From Syntrophus sp. (in: bacteria) (GTDB lineage: Bacteria > Desulfobacterota > Syntrophia > Syntrophales > UBA5619), in contig PNOO01000001.1 in NCBI GenBank assembly GCA_013824905.1, forward strand, positions 1-29,881: DNA of 29,881 nucleotides, in the 5' to 3' direction. Shown in pieces: positions 17,151-24,856 of this stretch. The notes below the pieces were generated by a model, which worked only from the letters and a program-made list of their open reading frames with translations, had not been told where the DNA came from and searched no databases. Positions within the stretch are counted from its first letter, which is position 1, and the number at the start of each line of letters is the position of its first letter. A program made the position numbers and the translations under genes.

Positions 17151-18308
17151 TTATTGCTCAGTTTCACCCGGATTAAAGAATACATTTAGTCGGTCTTCAT
17201 ACACGGATAGAGCAGACGCGACAACACTATCTTCATCACATCCGAAAACAAATTCACCGTCATCTCTTGGAGCATTGGCATAAAAGGCTGTCGCTGCAAT
17301 TTCAGAAAGATATTGTTCCAAATCTTCACGGTTCGAAACGGTTGTTTGGTGTTTTTCACCATCGAAATCAAACAGAGTAATGGTCTTGTCTCTATCATCC
17401 CAAAGAGCATTTTCAAGTGCATCTTCCACTGCCAAGCGTGCCGCTGTATCCCATGGCATTTCGCTGTCGTCATTCCATGATAGTTCCCAATTAGACAAGA
17501 ACTGATTGAGCATGTTATTAACTTGTTGCAGTGCATTCAGATAGTTTTCTGTTATCCGCTGCGACGGACGACGGTTGTGGGCGACACAATTCCTCATGGC
17601 TTCAATGGAGGTCATTCGCTCGCGCAAGCCGGCGAGAAACACGGCATCATCCTCGTCTTCGATCGGCTGCCTTTCCAATTCACGCCGGAGCGTTTCGTAA
17701 GTCTCGTTTGACTGAATTAGGCTTAAGAGGGTTGGTAACTGGCGCATGTCGGGGCGTCGGTTCAATTTCACATATTGCCCTAACGTAAGGAAGAAAAATT
17801 CATTCTCACCAGTAGCCCGCATCTGCTGTTCTTGTGGTGAGTTTATGGGCTTCTCTGACTCTTCGCGAAGGAGGTCATAGGGCCTCTCGATATAACCGTA
17901 GAGATATATAACGGAAATGACACGGCGCAGCTTCATTTCAAGCGCAAAGAGTTCTTCCGAACGTTGTGCAAGTTCGCGACGAAGCAATGGGTCTTCAAAC
18001 TTCACAGCGTGTTCAATCGGCGTGTCCAGAAGAGCATCAGCGAATTCATCAACGACAGTACGAAAGCTTGCAGTTTCGTCAGGTAGTTCGATCGAGAAGC
18101 CGAGGATGGTTCGCCAATGGGTTACACCAGCTTCATCGTTTACTGGATCGCCGATACGCTCGAAGTTTAATGTGAGCATCTGTAAGATCACATCATCGTC
18201 AAACTGGTTAAGGTTGTCCGTCAGCACAATGCGCAGACGGTCAAGCAGAATATCGGAGATGCTCATGCCTTCTTCTCTTTGATAGACGATGACATACTCA
18301 AATTTCAT
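17151..18308 (-). CDS. HEPN-domain protein (Swt1-like), putative RNase, 385 aa
   Basis: RNCVAH (R-x4-H, 17577-17594) preceded by LEMKLRRVI and FLTLGQY, a Swt1-type HEPN pattern. Acidic C-terminal domain. Confidence 0.75.
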   Translation of the reverse strand: MKFEYVIVYQREEGMSISDILLDRLRIVLTDNLNQFDDDVILQMLTLNFERIGDPVNDEAGVTHWRTILGFSIELPDETASFRTVVDEFADALLDTPIEHAVKFEDPLLRRELAQRSEELFALEMKLRRVISVIYLYGYIERPYDLLREESEKPINSPQEQQMRATGENEFFFLTLGQYVKLNRRPDMRQLPTLLSLIQSNETYETLRRELERQPIEDEDDAVFLAGLRERMTSIEAMRNCVAHNRRPSQRITENYLNALQQVNNMLNQFLSNWELSWNDDSEMPWDTAARLAVEDALENALWDDRDKTITLFDFDGEKHQTTVSNREDLEQYLSEIAATAFYANAPRDDGEFVFGCDEDSVVASALSVYEDRLNVFFNPGETEQ

Positions 18309-18310
18309 GG

Positions 18311-19726
18311 CTAGATGCCTCCCAAGAGTTGTTCTTCAAACCAACGCTTGGCTTTTTGCCAATCGGTTTCGGCTTCGACTCGCAGGCGGCGTGCTTCATC
18401 AAGGCGGCGGTGAGATTCGTACACAATAGCCTCCTGCACTGGCTTTGGAGGTATAATAAGTGGAATTTCACCAATCTCTTCTAAATTGATGTTTGCACGA
18501 GCAACCGGACGTTTAAAGAAGTCAAGCAATGCTTGGCCAACGCTGGAGCGTAGATAAAGGCAAGCATATTCCGTAGAAACTTCATTGCCTGCCAATCTGA
18601 CTGCTGCTATTGCTTGATTTATGTTCGCGGGCTCGTCGCGGTTAAATACACCGGCAGCCCCTATCGTTGCGCCGACAATTGCGATGAGTAAATCACCAGA
18701 TTCAAGCTGCGAGTGCTTCATCAAGCCATTGTGAATAGAGGCGCTTATATGGACCTCACTATTTGGTGTCACTGCCCCGTCCGCGGTGATTTCGCCGCTA
18801 CGAATAAAGCGTACACCATCGGGTGGAAGGACGTAGGAATCACCTTTAGCCAGTGGAGTAACCCCGGAAAAAATGCGTGACGCGAGCTCTTTAAAGGATG
18901 CTACGCGATAACTGGATCGGTGGATATAGGCGAACAAGTTCCTAAATCGCAACTGGTTTGAATAAGCATCGATTCGTTTGCCAAGATCGCTAACTCGCAC
19001 AGCAAAAAATTTGCAATTATCCTTTGGCGGCTGTGTTAGGCCGAGGGTATCAAGGAGGAAACCGTCGAGACCGGTAAGCAACGACTCAGCCTCCGCCAGT
19101 TTCGCTCGCCGAGTCATTCGCGCAGCATCCATAACAGCGACAATATTCGATTGCACTTTTAAGATATCTGGAAGTGGAATTTCGAAACTCTTAAACTCCT
19201 CCTTGTTGATGTTTGGTTGTCCGGCCGGCCTCTGAATTTTGGTAACCCACCGCGCGTAGAAGTCTGTTTTTGTACACCAGTAGACAAAACGAGGAAGGAC
19301 AACATCGTGTTTGAAGCGAAAGCGAATGCAGTAGCCTGCAAAGATTGCAGACTCACTTGTGTCTTCATGGATATATGTTTTCCCTACCGTTGCGCCACTT
19401 CTGGCAAATAGTAGATCATCAGCATGAAGGATGCATTCCGGTTCAATAGGATCAGCCGTTACATAATCGTGACCAGGCTCAATGCCATCATCGCCGAAAT
19501 CTGTTATCCGAATGTAGCGTGGCTGAGTTTTTTTTGTACGTTGGACTGCACGAGCACCGGACCCGTAGTTCGGCTCTTCGCTAACCAACGAAGCCAGACT
19601 CCGCAGGGGGTGAAGTACCTCAGAGAGAGATTCGCGAAGCGCGAAGTATTTCGCATCGCATCGGCCCCTTATCTCGCCCCGCTGAACCGCAAAGCACTGA
19701 GCTTTGCCCGCTTCAACAGGGCTCAG
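18311..19726 (-). CDS. Restriction-modification specificity (S) subunit with two TRDs, ~471 aa
   Basis: Two HsdS-like repeats (DLLFARSGATVGK / DLLIAIVGATIG; GQPNINKEE / ARANINLEE). The frame is open 46 codons upstream of the ORF-track start, back to a CTG overlapping the methylase stop. Confidence 0.85.
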   Translation of the reverse strand: MSPVEAGKAQCFAVQRGEIRGRCDAKYFALRESLSEVLHPLRSLASLVSEEPNYGSGARAVQRTKKTQPRYIRITDFGDDGIEPGHDYVTADPIEPECILHADDLLFARSGATVGKTYIHEDTSESAIFAGYCIRFRFKHDVVLPRFVYWCTKTDFYARWVTKIQRPAGQPNINKEEFKSFEIPLPDILKVQSNIVAVMDAARMTRRAKLAEAESLLTGLDGFLLDTLGLTQPPKDNCKFFAVRVSDLGKRIDAYSNQLRFRNLFAYIHRSSYRVASFKELASRIFSGVTPLAKGDSYVLPPDGVRFIRSGEITADGAVTPNSEVHISASIHNGLMKHSQLESGDLLIAIVGATIGAAGVFNRDEPANINQAIAAVRLAGNEVSTEYACLYLRSSVGQALLDFFKRPVARANINLEEIGEIPLIIPPKPVQEAIVYESHRRLDEARRLRVEAETDWQKAKRWFEEQLLGGI

Positions 19727-21768
19727 ACGAAAAAACTTGTCGGGTCCTTTTTAAAGGCCCGGTACTGTGCCACCAATCCTGTGTCGGGAATGATTTCGCG
19801 ATGCCGCTCACTCCAGTCTGGTTTCTTTGGGTTTGTTGTGCTCCACTCGTAGGTGACCCGGTAGTCGAAGAGGTCGCTGCGTTGAAGTTCGACTTTTTCC
19901 TTCCCAGGCTCTTCTTTTTCAACAGTGACGAAAAATGTTTTCCTCCCGGTAGCATCGTAGCCGATGTTATCGGCCAAGGCCATAAAGATGGGGGTATCGT
20001 CCGATACCTGTTCACTCTCTCTGAGGCGGCGAAGGAAAACGAGGGTGGCCTTTACACCTGCGTCGTAGTGGGCAAAGGCAAATTGTGGCAGGGAGACGAC
20101 GGCAAGGAGTTGAAAATGCTCCAGCAACCAGTTGCGCACACCTTGTAGCGAGGAATTGGTGAGAATACCATCGGGCAGGACGATGGCGGTGCGGCCTGTA
20201 CCTGGCTTGAGGAAGGAATGGACACGTTCAAGGAAGAGAATTTCTGTCTTGATGCTGGACCGGTCTTTCACAGCCTTAGCACCACGCTTGGCGTCACTCT
20301 CTCCCTTGGCAGATTCGTCCGGCTCGCTGCCCGTGGTGCTCTTGCCGAGATATTTCCGCAGTTCGAACTGTTCAAGATAACCCTCACTCTTTTCGGTGCG
20401 TTTCACCACGGAACCAAAAGGCGGATTGGTGAGGATAAGATCGAACTTGTCGCGCTTGAGTGTCTCTTTCTTGCTCTCAATGCGGTCGAGAAAGTCGAGG
20501 GCGTCATGGCCGACGATATTGGTATGGCCGTCATCATGGATTATCATGTTCATTTTGGCAACACGGGCCAGTTCTTCGTTGATCTCTATGCCGAAGAGGT
20601 TCTTTTCGGCGAAATCATGCCAGTAAATGAAGTGGTCTGTGTGTTGTTTCGTGTCAGTGCAGCGCTCGGGGAATCGGCGATCAGCCTCGCGCCGAACGTG
20701 GTCAAGGGCGTACAAAAGGAAGCCACCGGAGCCACAGGCGGGGTCAAGCACGAAGTCCTTTCTTTTCGGGTCAAGCACTTCTACAGCGAATGCGATGAGT
20801 TCGCGTGGGGTAAAGTATTGACCGAAGTCGCCCTTAAAGAAGCTACCCATGAACTCCTCGAAGGCTACGCCCTTGGTATCGAGTTCGGTGCGGTCGAGGG
20901 AGATGCCTTCCAAGTGTTCGACACATTGCGCGAGAATGGCCGGTCCTATGTTGATCTTGTCGGTGAAGACGTCCGGCTCCAGTTCCTGCTCGGCGGCGTA
21001 GAGCTTATAGATGCGGGCAGCGAGTTCGCCGGCACTTTCCTCGCTGCGGCGCTGAAACGCATAGGGCTTGCCATTCTCGCGGTTGGGGTCCTTTTCGTCG
21101 CGGTGTTTTATGAAGATGATTTTGCAGAACTCGCCGAAAGCTGCTATTGGACTGCGGCGACCACCTTCCCAAAGGGTCTGGTGGCACTTGCGGATAGCGG
21201 AGCGCAGTTCTTCGCGGGGGACGGCGGCAAGGTCCTTGCCATTGAGGTTCTTGTAGAAGCGCCAATCAGGGGGCTTGCCGTAGCGGACGGGAATGTCGGG
21301 AAGAACATTACGGTCGCGTTCGCCAGCCGGGAATTTATCAAAACGCAGAAGGCGGCGTGTCAGTCCCGCGATCACACCGCAATACTTGGCTCCAAGGCTC
21401 GCTCGGTTGCCACAGGCTTGCTCAATAGCCTGAGAAAATTCAGCATCGGATATATCGGCACGCTTGCATTCGAAAACAAAGTAGCGGTCCTTCCTTTCGT
21501 CGTTGGCGTAGATTACGAGATCGGCCTTGTCGTCCGGGGTACGGCGTTCGACTCTGACCTCAAGGCCTATACACTCTGGTTGATACTCGTATTTGTAAAT
21601 AAGTTCGGACCAAAACTCGGCACGGACTTTCTCTTCCGGATCGGCCCAACGCTCGGAATGGTTGGCAGCTTTGTAATGGATGCACTCTATCTTGCCTTCG
21701 CCTCTAATTTCGGCGAGGCCGTCTTCGAATGCTCGTTCAAGGTAAGTCTTATAGCTGTCGGTTGTCAT
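19723..21768 (-). CDS. Restriction nuclease-N6 adenine methyltransferase fusion, 681 aa
   Basis: N-terminal HsdR_N-like PD-(D/E)xK motif (EEKVR..KADLVIY..FECK). MTase motifs GQYFTPR, DPACGSGGF and TNPPFG. No helicase motifs. Confidence 0.92.
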   Translation of the reverse strand: MTTDSYKTYLERAFEDGLAEIRGEGKIECIHYKAANHSERWADPEEKVRAEFWSELIYKYEYQPECIGLEVRVERRTPDDKADLVIYANDERKDRYFVFECKRADISDAEFSQAIEQACGNRASLGAKYCGVIAGLTRRLLRFDKFPAGERDRNVLPDIPVRYGKPPDWRFYKNLNGKDLAAVPREELRSAIRKCHQTLWEGGRRSPIAAFGEFCKIIFIKHRDEKDPNRENGKPYAFQRRSEESAGELAARIYKLYAAEQELEPDVFTDKINIGPAILAQCVEHLEGISLDRTELDTKGVAFEEFMGSFFKGDFGQYFTPRELIAFAVEVLDPKRKDFVLDPACGSGGFLLYALDHVRREADRRFPERCTDTKQHTDHFIYWHDFAEKNLFGIEINEELARVAKMNMIIHDDGHTNIVGHDALDFLDRIESKKETLKRDKFDLILTNPPFGSVVKRTEKSEGYLEQFELRKYLGKSTTGSEPDESAKGESDAKRGAKAVKDRSSIKTEILFLERVHSFLKPGTGRTAIVLPDGILTNSSLQGVRNWLLEHFQLLAVVSLPQFAFAHYDAGVKATLVFLRRLRESEQVSDDTPIFMALADNIGYDATGRKTFFVTVEKEEPGKEKVELQRSDLFDYRVTYEWSTTNPKKPDWSERHREIIPDTGLVAQYRAFKKDPTSFFV

Positions 21769-22132
21769 TATTCCCCCTGTCTATTTGCCCAATCATTTCT
21801 ATTTGAATCTAACATCCCTATCTCTTCTGTCTATAACATAATTACTAAGAAAATAACATTAATGATTCCGAGTTGAAACCCTGTATCTCCAACGAGGATG
21901 ATGTTTGTTGCTTGCTTGATGACATGCGCTTTTCCCATAGGCAGGAAAATATACGATTCTGTCCTCGACATTACAAACCGTATTCAATGAGCTGAGCCGA
22001 TCGTCCCGACTATCGCTTTGTTTTTGGAATTGAGTATTCTGGATAAGGAGAAACGCTGTCACACAGATGGTTGGCTCCACAATCGAGTCAACGTCTTCTT
22101 CGATCTGGCCCGTAATCGCCAAGATCTCCTGG

Positions 22133-23350
22133 CTACCTCTTTGCTGTCTTGAACGGTACCACCACAGCGCCAGCCTTTAATCCATCAAGATAATCCGACC
22201 ACGTCTGCATCATCTTCCGGCGTTCTTCAAGGTGGGCCGTCCGGTTGTAGGCCCGTCCATTCGGATCACGTACGGCATGGGCGAGCTGATGCTCGATGTA
22301 ATCAGGACGGATGTGCAGGACCTCATCAAGGATAGTTCGCGCCATTGCCCGGAATCCGTGGCCGGTCATGGTTTCCTTGGCGTACCCCATATATCTGAGC
22401 GCTGCGTTAATCGTATTTTCGCTTATCGGCTTGGTAACTGACCGCACGGACGGAAAAACATAGCGACCTGAACCGGTTAACGGTTGCAGCTCACGGAGAA
22501 TTTCAACGGCCTGATCCGGCAGGGGCACAAGGTGAGGTTCTTTCATCTTCATCTTGCTGGCCGGGATATTCCAGACAGATTCGTCAAGATCAATTTCCGC
22601 CCATTCTGCATGCCTCAGTTCCCCAGGACGGACAAAAAGAATCGGTGCCAGTCTCAAAGCACACTTCACAACAAAATGCCCTTGATAGCCGTCTATAGCC
22701 CTAAGAAGGGGGGCAACCTCTTTCGGGTCCGTTATCGCTGCATGATGCTTTTCGCCTGGTTGTGGCAAGGCCCCTTTAAGATCGACTGATGGGTCACGTT
22801 CGGCCCTACCCGTAGCGACAGCATACCGGAACACCTGACCGGCAATAGTCCTAATCCTGTGTGCCGATTCCAAAGCACCCCGATCCTCAACCCGACGTAA
22901 GACGGCCAGAAGTTCAGGCGCCTTGATCTCTGTAATCGGGCGTTTTCCAATCCAGGGGAAAAGATCCCGCTCCAGGCGGCCCTTGATAGCGGAAGCGTGG
23001 CCAGGTGTCCATGTCGGCGTGAATTTCGTATGCCATTCACGGGCTATGACTTCAAAGGTTTCCGTTTCCTCTGTCTGCACCTGCTTTTGTGCTTTTCGGA
23101 CGGCTCCGGGGTCAATGCCATGCGCTAACTGCGTTCGGGCTTCATCCTGCCGGCGCCTGGCGTCGAACAGAGAAATTTCAGGATAACTCCCCAAGGCAAG
23201 GAGTTTTTCTTTCCCATCGAAGCGATACTTCATCCGCCATAGCTTGCCGCCTTTTGTAGTAACGAGAAGGAAGAGACCACCGCCGTCAAATAGCTTTAGA
23301 GGCTTTTCTATGGGCTTGCAGTTCCGAATCTTCACATCACTTAGAGACAT
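22133..23350 (-). CDS. P4-like tyrosine integrase with N-terminal arm-binding domain, 405 aa
   Basis: DGGGLFLLV..GKLWRMKYRFDGKEKLLALGSYP arm domain. Catalytic RPGE, HGFR, LAH and AYNR intact. RBS GGAGG. Confidence 0.96.
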   Translation of the reverse strand: MSLSDVKIRNCKPIEKPLKLFDGGGLFLLVTTKGGKLWRMKYRFDGKEKLLALGSYPEISLFDARRRQDEARTQLAHGIDPGAVRKAQKQVQTEETETFEVIAREWHTKFTPTWTPGHASAIKGRLERDLFPWIGKRPITEIKAPELLAVLRRVEDRGALESAHRIRTIAGQVFRYAVATGRAERDPSVDLKGALPQPGEKHHAAITDPKEVAPLLRAIDGYQGHFVVKCALRLAPILFVRPGELRHAEWAEIDLDESVWNIPASKMKMKEPHLVPLPDQAVEILRELQPLTGSGRYVFPSVRSVTKPISENTINAALRYMGYAKETMTGHGFRAMARTILDEVLHIRPDYIEHQLAHAVRDPNGRAYNRTAHLEERRKMMQTWSDYLDGLKAGAVVVPFKTAKR

Positions 23351-23368
23351 GGGCCTGCACCTCCTTTT

Positions 23369-23431
23369 TGGGGGTATGTGGTTTATCGTGGGGGTATATT
23401 TGTTTATAATGTACCCCCAATTGGGGGGTAT
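23369..23431. repeat. Probable integrase arm-type sites (TGGGGGTAT cluster)
   Basis: tgggggtat at 23369-23377 and 23389-23397, plus an inverted pair tacccccaa-ttggggggta at 23412-23430. Confidence 0.65.
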
Positions 23432-23472
23432 GTCAATGGATTTCTTTGGACGATATAGAACAAACAGATAAG

Positions 23473-23500
23473 AAAAAACCCGCTATTTCTAACGGGTTTT
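23473..23500 (-). terminator. Rho-independent terminator downstream of the tRNA
   Basis: aaaacccg (23475-23482) and cgggtttt (23493-23500) form a stem, followed by a T-run on the minus strand. Confidence 0.6.
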
Positions 23501-23531
23501 GTACTTCTTTGGACATCCCTGGATTATATTT

Positions 23532-23625
23532 TGGCGGAGAGAGGGGGATTCGAACCCCCGTGAGGGCGGTTAGCCCCCAAATCGATTTCGAGTCGATCCC
23601 GTTACGACCACTTCGGTATCTCTCC
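23532..23625 (-). tRNA. tRNA-Ser(CGA), intact, CCA encoded
   Basis: Acceptor GGAGAGA/TCTCTCC-G-CCA; anticodon arm ATCGA-CTCGAAA-TCGAT; long variable arm; T-arm GGGGG-TTCGAAT-CCCCC. Confidence 0.97.
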
Positions 23626-23716
23626 GGACCTGTTCTTTCTACGCTTTTTTCTTCCCTTCCCGTACGGGAGAGGATTGTGGGGAGAGGGCATCGTTCACAA
23701 TCGCCCCTCAGCCTCG

Positions 23717-24181
23717 TTATGGCGGCGATATTAGCCTTTTCGCACGGAAAAATCCACTTAAAATTTCGACGCAGGCCTCCCGGTGGGCGCCTTCCGTGAC
23801 CTCCACGGCGTGGTTCAGCCGCCGGTCATCAAAGAGGCGGTAGAGACTAACCACTGCTCCGCCTTTCGGATCGGCGGCGCCGAAGACGACACGTCCAATT
23901 CTTGCGTGGAGGATTGCCCCGGCGCACATGAGGCAGGGTTCGAGCGTCACATAGAGTGTCGTCCCGGCGAGACGATAATTCCCAAGGAGAGCGGCCGCCC
24001 GTCGGATGGCAAGAATCTCCGCATGGGCCGACGGGTCGTTAAGGGTAATGGGGCTGTTGTGAGCCTGCGCGAGGAGTTCCTCCCCCCGGACGATCACCGC
24101 CCCGACCGGCACCTCTTCCGACTCCCGGGCCAGGAAGGCCTCCTCCAGGGCCAGCCGCATCCATTTTTCATCCGTCTCCAT
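23717..24181 (-). CDS. tadA: tRNA adenosine(34) deaminase
   Basis: EVPVGAVIV, DPSAHAEI, TLEPCLMCAGA and LNH motifs. Confidence 0.95.
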   Translation of the reverse strand: METDEKWMRLALEEAFLARESEEVPVGAVIVRGEELLAQAHNSPITLNDPSAHAEILAIRRAAALLGNYRLAGTTLYVTLEPCLMCAGAILHARIGRVVFGAADPKGGAVVSLYRLFDDRRLNHAVEVTEGAHREACVEILSGFFRAKRLISPP

Positions 24182-24310
24182 CGGTTTTTCGCCTCATATC
24201 GTTTTTTATATCATTAAAGGGACAGCTCCGGTATTCTTCCCATTTTCGCTTTTGACTTTTGACGCAAATTCCTTCATTATCCATCGGAAAGACGGAGGGT
24301 GTTCTATCCC

Positions 24311-24853
24311 ATGATGACCAGGAAGTTCCTCATTCCCTTTGTGTTGGCATCACTCGTGGGCCATACATTGGTCCTTGCCCTGACGACCCGCATCTATTGG
24401 AGCGCGAGCTCTTTGCCGGAAAAAGTGATCACCGTCGAGCTGAAGGCGCCGCCGGAAAACAAAACGCCGCCAAAGCCTCCCCTCCCCAAGAAGACGCCGG
24501 CAGTGGCGGTTGCCGGAGGCGGCATCCGTGAAGATTCGGTCGCCCTGCGGGGCGACCCCGGCCCTTACAGCGCCTATCTCCTTACAATCCGCCGAAAGAT
24601 TGAACAGATCTGGAGTTACCCGCCGCAGGCACTCTCGGAACAGAGGGAGGGAAATGCCGTGATCAGCTTCACCATCGACTCCAGCGGCGCGCTCCAAGGA
24701 TATCACGTCACAGCCACCTCCGGAAGCACGGTCCTGGACGAAGAGGCGCTCGCCGTCGTCCGGGCGGCCGCTCCATACGCTCCTCTTCCCGCGGATTTCA
24801 ACCTCGCACGGCTCAACATCACCGCAACTTTCAGCTACCGGATGACCCCCTGA
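24311..24853 (+). CDS. TonB C-terminal domain protein (energy-transducer-like)
   Basis: N-terminal hydrophobic anchor, Pro/Lys-rich linker, and YPPQA..EGNAVISFTIDSSG..SGSTVLDEEAL. Start could be 24299, 24311 or 24314. Confidence 0.8.
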   Translation: MMTRKFLIPFVLASLVGHTLVLALTTRIYWSASSLPEKVITVELKAPPENKTPPKPPLPKKTPAVAVAGGGIREDSVALRGDPGPYSAYLLTIRRKIEQIWSYPPQALSEQREGNAVISFTIDSSGALQGYHVTATSGSTVLDEEALAVVRAAAPYAPLPADFNLARLNITATFSYRMTP

Positions 24854-24856
24854 AAA

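Larger units (their letters stand above)
6496..23545 (-). mobile_element. Integrative genomic island (~17 kb) inserted in tRNA-Ser(CGA), carrying defence cargo
   Basis: Bounded by the tRNA 3' end and a near-copy of it. P4-like integrase next to the tRNA, all genes co-oriented, visibly more AT-rich than the flanks. Confidence 0.88.

Noticed and set aside
20218-21876. 552-aa plus-strand ORF
   Set aside because: It is the antisense shadow of the methylase gene, with no motifs or RBS context.
21859-22122. 87-aa ORF downstream of the integrase
   Set aside because: It has a TTG start and no recognisable motif in any frame. It may be a decayed gene but cannot be supported.
6496-23545. Prophage or PICI/P4 satellite
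   Set aside because: No capsid, terminase, tail, primase/Rep, Psu or Sid genes were recognised. Only the integrase and AlpA are shared.
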